A DNA stretch of 10,886 bases, from assembly GCA_031367385.1 (NCBI GenBank), contig JANLPS010000318.1:1-10886 (forward strand). The letters are read 5' to 3'. Under the pieces are notes generated by a model. The model was not told where the DNA came from. It was given only the letters and a program-made list of their open reading frames with translations, and did no database searches. How positions within the stretch are numbered: position 1 is the first letter of the stretch; each line of letters begins with the position of its first letter. Positions 1 to 5,921 of the stretch are shown here, in pieces. Both the position numbers and the translations under genes were made by a program. Source of the stretch: Archangium sp. (GTDB lineage: Bacteria; Myxococcota; Myxococcia; Myxococcales; Myxococcaceae).

Positions 1-302
1 ATCGCCCTCGCCACGCCTTTGCCGGTGGCCGATGCCGCGGTGACGTAGCCGCAGTTGCACACATGCGCGCCTCCGCCTTGCTGGTTGGGGCGAATGAAAT
101 AGGTGCCGAGAATGGCATCGCCCTCGAGGGCCACGAAGACCTCGTTGGGCGGTGCTCGCCAGTACCGCAGCCCTTCTCGCTCAGTCAGGTCGCGGGGCAA
201 CGCGTAGGTCTCTCCCGCGCGAATCATCGGCTCGAGAATGGCCCAGATGGCCGGCGCATCCGCCTCGATGGCCGCGCGAATCGAGATGCGCGCTACTGAC
301 AC
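1..302 (-). CDS. GNAT family N-acetyltransferase (Mpr1-like subfamily), 3'-truncated by the window edge
   Basis: Not in the ORF track. Manual minus-strand translation from GTG at 302-300 is open to base 1: MSVARISIRAAIEADAPAIWAILEPMIRAGETYALPRDLTEREGLRYWRAPPNEVFVALEGDAILGTYFIRPNQQGGGAHVCNCGYVTAASATGKGVARA. It has the GNAT N-terminal 'IRAA..AD...I' pattern, 'GTYFIRPNQ.GGG.HV.N.GY' and the start of acetyl-CoA motif A (ATGKGVA). It overlaps the upstream stop (293-295) by 10 nt. The start codon choice is tentative. Confidence 0.9.
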   Translation of the reverse strand, partial: MSVARISIRAAIEADAPAIWAILEPMIRAGETYALPRDLTEREGLRYWRAPPNEVFVALEGDAILGTYFIRPNQQGGGAHVCNCGYVTAASATGKGVARA

Positions 303-1852
303 CAGACCGCCCACACCGCGTGGGTGGTGTCGTACGCGCCGAAGATCACCAGCGCCTTGCCCCCTCGCGCCACCACCCTCGGCCGCAGCGCGTTGGGCGT
401 GAATTGACCGCTCAGTGGCACCGGTGCACCGGCCGCTCCCGCAGAGACCTTCACGGCGTAGAGACCCGAGTCGTCCCACACGATGAGCCCGGTGCCGTTG
501 GAGTCGACCCCCACCGCCACGTCGGTTGAGCTCGTGAACGAGAGGGTCCGGTCGACGTCGAGGCCCGACCACCCGACGCTCGGTGAGAAGAACGCGCCGC
601 GCGCGCGCTGCTGCGAGGTCGGTGTCGTCTGCTGCCAGGCCGCCCAGGCATTGCCGCTCGAGTCGACCGAGACCTGAGGCCACACGATGGTGCCGCCATC
701 GACGAAGTCGGCCACTCCGCCGGGCACGAAGCCGCTGTTGAAGGTTGCGAAAGCAGCTTCCCACTGGGCGGTGGCGCCGCCGCGGTATTGTTGCCAGACG
801 ACCACGGCCTCGCCCTTCGCGTTGATCGACAACGCTGGCCGCGTCACGTTGTTGGGTGTGGCATCGAGCGTGGCGCGAGCGACCATTCCGCCATCTGACA
901 AGAAGGCGGTGCCGATGATGTTGGCCGGGTTGGTGGCCTGATCAACCCACGCAACGACCGTGGTGCCGTCGGGCGCGACCCCCACCCGGGGCTGCGTGGT
1001 GAGGCTCACCGTGTTGGTGTAGCCGTCGATGCGTACAGGCGTGCTCCAGGTCGCGCCATTCGCTTGAAAGCGCGCGAGCCAGGTCGCGGTGAAGCCGCTC
1101 GCGTCGACGTTCTGGCTGAAGACGACCACGCCGTTGCCCGCACCGTCCATCGCGAGGTCGGCCTCGGTCACATCGAAGTCGGTCGACGAGACGCTCACCG
1201 GTGCGGCCCAGCCCGAGGGGGGCACATAGTGGGCCGCCCAGAGGAAGCTGCCGGTGCTGCCGTTTTCTTCGACCCAGACCGCGAGCGCGTCACCGTTGGC
1301 GCTCGTCGCGATGCGTGGCTTCTGGCCGTAGCGGCCTGCGTCTGCTGCGACGACGACGGGGCTGCTCCAGAGGCCCCCTGCGTACCGGGCCGAATGAATC
1401 GAGATGAGCCCACTGCCCGCGGCGGCCTGTTTCCACACCACGTTGGCGTTGCCGGCGGAGTCGAGCGAGACGTCGGGGTCGGGCAACTGCGCGCTGGTGC
1501 CGAGCTGAATACGCACGGGTGTGCCACACGCAATCGCCGCGTCAGGCGTCATCACGCCCGAGTCGATGGCGGTCATGCCAGCGTCGACCGTGGGGGTGCC
1601 CGCATCGCCAGGCCCCGGGGTGGTACCGGCGTCAGCGACCCCCGCGTCGAGGGGCACCACGCCTGAATCGACCGAGGTGCCAGCGTCGACCCCGGTGAGG
1701 CCCGCGTCGGCCGCGCCTGTGCCCGCGTCGAGAGGCGTGACCGGGCCCGCATCTTTGAGTGACCCGGCGTCAGCGCCCTGGCTCCCCGAGTCGCAGTTGC
1801 ACGAAGACGCGAGCCCGGCACACGCCAAGGCGAGAATGGTCAGACGCTTCAC
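293..1852 (-). CDS. Predicted lipoprotein with DAG-repeat linker and C-terminal beta-propeller-like repeat domain (519 aa)
   Basis: The track ORF is 293..1921. A better start is GTG at 1852-1850, 5 nt after a GGAGGGGG Shine-Dalgarno. It gives the signal peptide MKRLTILALACAGLASS-C (lipobox-like Cys), then a low-complexity DAG/DSG linker and eight ~52-aa repeats (P-x-V-x-x-D-x-x-G-N-x-x-V-V-W). Confidence 0.85.
   Translation of the reverse strand: MKRLTILALACAGLASSCNCDSGSQGADAGSLKDAGPVTPLDAGTGAADAGLTGVDAGTSVDSGVVPLDAGVADAGTTPGPGDAGTPTVDAGMTAIDSGVMTPDAAIACGTPVRIQLGTSAQLPDPDVSLDSAGNANVVWKQAAAGSGLISIHSARYAGGLWSSPVVVAADAGRYGQKPRIATSANGDALAVWVEENGSTGSFLWAAHYVPPSGWAAPVSVSSTDFDVTEADLAMDGAGNGVVVFSQNVDASGFTATWLARFQANGATWSTPVRIDGYTNTVSLTTQPRVGVAPDGTTVVAWVDQATNPANIIGTAFLSDGGMVARATLDATPNNVTRPALSINAKGEAVVVWQQYRGGATAQWEAAFATFNSGFVPGGVADFVDGGTIVWPQVSVDSSGNAWAAWQQTTPTSQQRARGAFFSPSVGWSGLDVDRTLSFTSSTDVAVGVDSNGTGLIVWDDSGLYAVKVSAGAAGAPVPLSGQFTPNALRPRVVARGGKALVIFGAYDTTHAVWAVWCQ
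1535..1792 (-). repeat. Protein-level DAG/DSG tripeptide repeat linker
   Basis: Nine DAG, three DSG and one DAA spaced 5-9 residues apart in a Pro/Thr/Gly/Val-rich stretch right after the lipoprotein Cys. The DNA is not a perfect tandem repeat. Confidence 0.9.
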
Positions 1853-2008
1853 GAGAACCCCCTCCACGAAATGAACGGGCGAGGTTGTAGCGTGAAATGC
1901 GCGAGGGCTCGAACCAACCATGCCCGATGCTGGTCGCTGTGGGTGTCAGGCCTACTCGTCTGAAACTTGGGAGCACCCGACTAAGGTGCGACGCTTGGCG
2001 GAGCTTTC
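1853..2008. promoter_or_regulatory. Divergent intergenic region, probably holding both promoters
   Basis: 156 bp between the divergent starts at 1852 (minus) and 2009 (plus). GGAG at 2000-2003 precedes ATG 2009. I could not assign promoter boxes confidently. Confidence 0.5.
1858..1865 (-). promoter_or_regulatory. Shine-Dalgarno site of the lipoprotein gene
   Basis: The minus strand reads GGAGGGGG-ttctc-GTG (plus strand ccccctcc at 1858-1865). Confidence 0.7.
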
Positions 2009-4453
2009 ATGACATCGAGCGAAGAGACGAAGAGTCGGGGCGCGGCGTCGAACGTGGTGGTGGTGCACCCCGACCCGGAGCACCGCGCGCGCTGGGCCCA
2101 GGTGCTCTCGTCATGCAATGTCTGGCAGGCGAACGACGTGCTCGCCGCGAACAGCCTCGCCGAAGATCAAGACGCGCACCTCATCATCGCCCCCTGGCCG
2201 TGGGCCGCCGGGCTCTTGCGCAAGCGTCGCCGTCTGCCCGCGCGGCCGCTGCTCTTGCTCGGTGGAGAAGCCGACCACGCCATCGTGCAAGCCGTCGCCG
2301 CCGGAGTCGAGGTCACTCACTGGCCCGACGACGTCGACCTGCATGAGCGGGTGATGGCGCTGGTGAAGAAGAGCCGCACGCGCGCACCCCGGTACCAGGT
2401 CGACGACCTGCGGGTGGAGTGGGGGCCCGCCAGCGCCCGCCGAACCGCCAAGGGCGGCGACGTGGCGCTCGACGGGTTTTCATTCGTCTTGCCGGTCGAC
2501 TCGGCGCTCGAAGGCTGCATGCCCGCCTCGAGGCTGTTGGACATTCGGCTCTACCGGCGCGACGAGCTGTGCGTCTCGGTCTCTTCAGCCACGGTGCGGT
2601 ATCTCTCGGCCGATAAAGACGCCTACCGCGTCGGCTGCTCGTTCGACGCGAACGGCGCCGGTGTCTCGCACGCGCTCTCACCTGAGACCGCGATTCGGCA
2701 GCCCTTGCGCCTCGCTGGCGTCGTGCAAGCCGCGTTGAATCAAAAGCGGCTGCGCCTCGAGCGCCCCGACCACAGCCTGTTGCTCGACTGCGAAGGCGTG
2801 GTCGACATCGGCAAGCAGACCATCTCGCTCGCCTCGGCCAGCGCCGAGCGGCTGAGCCCCCTCGACGTGGTGCGCGGCTCGTTCGAGTTCGCCGGGGAGC
2901 TCTATCAATTCACCTCGACGGTCACTTCGATCAACCCGCTGGAGCTGCGACTGCCCAATGAGGTGCTGGTGCGCCAACGCCGCGCGAGCACCCGCTACGA
3001 CCTGACGCTGGCCCTGGCGGCGACCGCGACCAGCCGGCTGACCGGCCAAGCCCACCTGGCGATCATCAAAGACCTGAGCGCGACCGGGTGTCTGCTCGAG
3101 TTCTCGCGCGATGCGCTGTACCCGCGTGGCACCGAGCTCTCGCAGATCAACCTGGGGCTGCCGCAAGGCTCGGTGATGCTCGAGGGTGTGGTGACGCATG
3201 CGTCGCGCAGCGAGCGCGGGCTGCGGGTGGGCATTGAATTCAAGAACACCAACGACGAAGCCTTGCTGGTGGTGGCCCAGTTTCTGGTCACCCAGCGCTG
3301 GCCGACCCTCGAGAGCGGTGCTCACGCGAGCTTCGACGAGCTGTTCGATTTGTTCGCCCGCAGCGGGCTGCTCAAGACCGCGCACATCGAGGCGCTCAAG
3401 CCAGGCATGGCCGAGGTGAAGAAGACCTTCGCCGCGGTGAGCAACATCGCGAACAGCTTGTTTCGCTCGATTGTCATTCGCGAAAAGGGCCGGGTGGTGG
3501 GTCACGTCTCGAGCGTTCGGGTGTACCAGAACACCTGGTACGTGCAGCACCTGGCGGCAGCCTCGGGCAGCCCGGCGAGCGCGCTGCACGTCAACCTGGG
3601 CGTGGCTGATTTCTTCGATCAGCTCCGCGAGCTCGAGTTCTTCAAGATGGGCTTCTACGGCGACAACAATTGGACGGGCCGGGCCTTCGGCACCTTCGCC
3701 CAGCGCATCGAGTCACCCACGGTGTCGATGACCCGCAAGTACATACCCCTGTTGATTCGAGTCGACGCGACCGAGCCGCCATCGGCCTTGCCCCCGGGCA
3801 TCGAGTGCTTCGAGGCCGGGCGCGGTGACTTCAAGCAGCTCCAGCACTTCTTCGTGCAGAACACGCCCAGCCTTGCGTTGAAGGCCGACGATTTGTTGGC
3901 TGAGCACTTTGATCTCCAGCAGCTCGACAGCGACTTCGGCAAATACGGGCTCCACCGCCGTCGCCGGTGTTGGGTGGTGACTGATCAGAACGGCATCGTG
4001 GCGGTGGCGAAAGCAGAGATCACCTCACCGGGCCTGAGCCTGTTCGACTACCTCAACTCGGTGCGCATTTCGTACGCGCACTCGAACCCGGCGCTGCCCA
4101 AAGAGAAGATCATTCAGCTCTTCATCGCCACGCTGATGCCGCACTTCGCAGCGCGCGGCGTGCCGGCGATTCGGCTCTTCATTCACCCGAGTGAAATGCC
4201 CGACTACGAGAAGCTCGGCTTCGCCCCCGCCCGCGTGCTCACGGAGTGGATTTGCCACCGCCGCGCCAATCGCCAGCTCGCCGAGCACATCTACGGTCTG
4301 GGCGAAGGGCTGCGAGAGCGCGCGAAGCGGCTCGCCCCGCTGATCGCCGCCGGCAAGATCGCGCCGCCCGAAGAACCGCCGGGTCAAGACCTGTCGATTT
4401 CGTCGGTGAACTTGCCGGTGCCCTTTCTGGGCAAGAAGCGCCCAAGCGACTGA
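2009..4453 (+). CDS. Multi-domain PilZ protein: pseudo-receiver + degenerate PilZ + YcgR-N-like domain + canonical PilZ + putative GNAT/acyltransferase-like C-terminal region (814 aa)
   Basis: Canonical PilZ motifs RxxxR (QRRASTR, RASTR at 2981-2995) and DxSxxG (DLSATG, 3071-3088), ending in RVGIEF. A first degenerate PilZ reads RTRAPRY...DVALDG...RVGCSF. A YcgR-N-like stretch 'FEFAGELYQFTSTV...LRLPNEVLVRQRR' lies between them. The C-terminal 'SIVIREKGRVVGHVSSVRVYQNTWYVQHLAA' has a GNAT-like beta pattern (less certain). GGAG RBS 5 nt upstream. Confidence 0.85.
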   Translation: MTSSEETKSRGAASNVVVVHPDPEHRARWAQVLSSCNVWQANDVLAANSLAEDQDAHLIIAPWPWAAGLLRKRRRLPARPLLLLGGEADHAIVQAVAAGVEVTHWPDDVDLHERVMALVKKSRTRAPRYQVDDLRVEWGPASARRTAKGGDVALDGFSFVLPVDSALEGCMPASRLLDIRLYRRDELCVSVSSATVRYLSADKDAYRVGCSFDANGAGVSHALSPETAIRQPLRLAGVVQAALNQKRLRLERPDHSLLLDCEGVVDIGKQTISLASASAERLSPLDVVRGSFEFAGELYQFTSTVTSINPLELRLPNEVLVRQRRASTRYDLTLALAATATSRLTGQAHLAIIKDLSATGCLLEFSRDALYPRGTELSQINLGLPQGSVMLEGVVTHASRSERGLRVGIEFKNTNDEALLVVAQFLVTQRWPTLESGAHASFDELFDLFARSGLLKTAHIEALKPGMAEVKKTFAAVSNIANSLFRSIVIREKGRVVGHVSSVRVYQNTWYVQHLAAASGSPASALHVNLGVADFFDQLRELEFFKMGFYGDNNWTGRAFGTFAQRIESPTVSMTRKYIPLLIRVDATEPPSALPPGIECFEAGRGDFKQLQHFFVQNTPSLALKADDLLAEHFDLQQLDSDFGKYGLHRRRRCWVVTDQNGIVAVAKAEITSPGLSLFDYLNSVRISYAHSNPALPKEKIIQLFIATLMPHFAARGVPAIRLFIHPSEMPDYEKLGFAPARVLTEWICHRRANRQLAEHIYGLGEGLRERAKRLAPLIAAGKIAPPEEPPGQDLSISSVNLPVPFLGKKRPSD

Positions 4454-4470
4454 GAATGAGGGTGACGCGC

Positions 4471-5040
4471 ATGACGAGATGGGGGCTTGCAGTGGCGGTG
4501 ACGCTGTCAACGCTCGCCCCCGCCGGCGAGCCCTCGGCGGTGGCGCTTCAGGCGTCGCTCGAGGCCTATTACCGAGGAGAACGGCTCGCGATGGTGCCGT
4601 TTCTGGGTGCTGGTGTAGCCACCGCGGCCACGGGTGCGGGGCTGTTCATCGGTGCCGACGATCTGCGGCGCGGCGCGGCGTGGCCACTGCTCACGGTCGG
4701 GGTGCTCGAGCTCGTGGCGGGCGTGGCGTTGAGCGCGCGCAGCATGCCGCACCTGCAAGAGCTGACCGTGCTGCTGCAGGAGAACCCAGCGGCCTTTCTC
4801 ACCCAGGAGCGTGCGCACCTTCACCGAATCACGCACCTCTTTCAGCCCGCGCTGTTGGTCGCCGAGGCGGTGGTCACCGTCGCTGGCGGAGCCATGGCCG
4901 GCATCGGCGCTTACGCGAACCAGCGCACCGTCGAAGGCATCGGTTTCGGTCTCGGCCTGCAAGGCCTCGTCTTGTTCTTGCTCGACTGGGCGGTGCTCGA
5001 TCGCGCGGCGGCGTATGAGGCGGCGCTGACCGCACAATGA
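4471..5040 (+). CDS. Hypothetical integral membrane protein (signal peptide + ~4 TM helices, 189 aa)
   Basis: C-terminal part of track ORF 4246..5040. ATG 4471 follows GAGGG at 4458-4462; an alternative in-frame ATG is at 4456. Hydrophobic segments: LAMVPFLGAGVATAATGAGLFIG, AWPLLTVGVLELVAGVAL, ALLVAEAVVTVAGGAMAGIGAY, IGFGLGLQGLVLFLLDWAVL. Confidence 0.8.
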   Translation: MTRWGLAVAVTLSTLAPAGEPSAVALQASLEAYYRGERLAMVPFLGAGVATAATGAGLFIGADDLRRGAAWPLLTVGVLELVAGVALSARSMPHLQELTVLLQENPAAFLTQERAHLHRITHLFQPALLVAEAVVTVAGGAMAGIGAYANQRTVEGIGFGLGLQGLVLFLLDWAVLDRAAAYEAALTAQ

Positions 5041-5837
5041 CTCCGCGTCGACCTGGCGGCGTGCCGAAGCTCGACGGTGACGCTGCCTGCATCGCGGCGC
5101 TCGAGGAGACCGAGCAGCGCCTCGCCGCACGCTTCCCCGAGATGTACCGCGACTTCATCGCGAACCCGACGCTCTACTCGCTGGCCGTCAAGCACGTCGA
5201 GCTCTACGCGGTAGCGCGGTGTCACTGGCTGCTCGGCGGCGATACGCGCGACGAAGCCGGTGACGCGCTGGCCATCGGCAAAGCCTTCTTCGAAGGCGCC
5301 TCGACGTTGGTCTTCAAGGTGCGGGGGAGCATCGCCCGCGAGGCGCTGTACGAGTGGAATGGGAGAACCTTCAGGCGCGCTCCCGACTTCTCGGAGCTCG
5401 TCAGACGAGCGCACGCCTCGACGAAAATCAGCCGCGATCAACGCGTGCTCCTGGCCGAGCGGCTGGCCGGCATCGCGCGGCGGTGCGCCCGGTGTCAGAC
5501 CGAGATTCGGGTCGGTCAGCTCTGCCAGTGTGGTCACATTGGCGCCATCGGCGACCCGAAGTACGTGCTCTCTGAAGAGGAGCGCGCTACCGCTCAGCGC
5601 GATCAGGCGCCTGTGTGCAGAGCGTGGCAAACGCTGAGCGCACTCAAACAGGCAGGCGCCGCCGTACCGACGGGCTCGGTACAGGTGCTCGCGCTCGCCG
5701 ATGCACTGGTGAACGAGGCGACGTCATCCGCGGCGGCCCATGCACTCCTGGCCACGTGGCAACAGAAGCGCATGAAGGTGAGCATTGACGTCGCGGCGTT
5801 GATCGAGGCCATCGATCGCGCGGCAGCGAGCTCTTGA
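5037..5837 (+). CDS. SMI1/KNR4 (SUKH)-like domain protein with CxxC...CxCxH zinc ribbon and helical C-terminus (266 aa)
   Basis: ATGA overlap with the upstream stop (5037-5040). 'IAALEETEQRLAARFPEMYRDFI' matches the SUKH N-terminal helix pair (I...E..L...[LF]P..Y..F[LI]). 'ALAIG...G..LVF...LYEWNG....APDFSELV' matches the SUKH C-terminal pattern. CARC-x9-CQCGH lies at 5484-5537. An alternative GTG start is at 5061. Confidence 0.65.
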   Translation: MTPRRPGGVPKLDGDAACIAALEETEQRLAARFPEMYRDFIANPTLYSLAVKHVELYAVARCHWLLGGDTRDEAGDALAIGKAFFEGASTLVFKVRGSIAREALYEWNGRTFRRAPDFSELVRRAHASTKISRDQRVLLAERLAGIARRCARCQTEIRVGQLCQCGHIGAIGDPKYVLSEEERATAQRDQAPVCRAWQTLSALKQAGAAVPTGSVQVLALADALVNEATSSAAAHALLATWQQKRMKVSIDVAALIEAIDRAAASS

Positions 5838-5921
5838 GAAATGAAACAACCGACTCGTGAGGTCAGGCCGACGCTCCCGCTCGAGCCTCGAAGAACGCCA
5901 GCGCTTCACGCGCGCGCGGGG

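Noticed and set aside
63..299. 78-aa plus-strand ORF
   Set aside because: Antisense to the motif-supported GNAT gene.
1853..1921. N-terminal extension of the lipoprotein ORF to ATG 1921
   Set aside because: It would bury the signal peptide; GTG 1852 has a strong Shine-Dalgarno site.
1973..1989. Small hairpin GCACC-cgactaa-GGTGC upstream of the PilZ gene, considered as a riboswitch part
   Set aside because: A 5-bp stem is expected by chance in high-GC DNA, and I could not find c-di-GMP riboswitch consensus elements.
2678..3589. 303-aa minus-strand ORF
   Set aside because: Antisense shadow of the PilZ gene with no motifs.
4246..4455. N-terminal 70 aa of track ORF 4246..5040
   Set aside because: It overlaps the PilZ gene by about 200 nt and is Arg-rich without structure; ATG 4456 or 4471 fits better.
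4911..5630. 239-aa minus-strand ORF
   Set aside because: The plus-strand frame has SUKH-like and zinc-ribbon patterns and an ATGA coupling, while this frame shows nothing recognisable and overlaps two genes.
5838..5921. Expected terminator between the convergent genes
   Set aside because: No convincing stem-loop with a U-tract on either strand; only short palindromes such as tcgagcctcga and a gcgcgcgc run.
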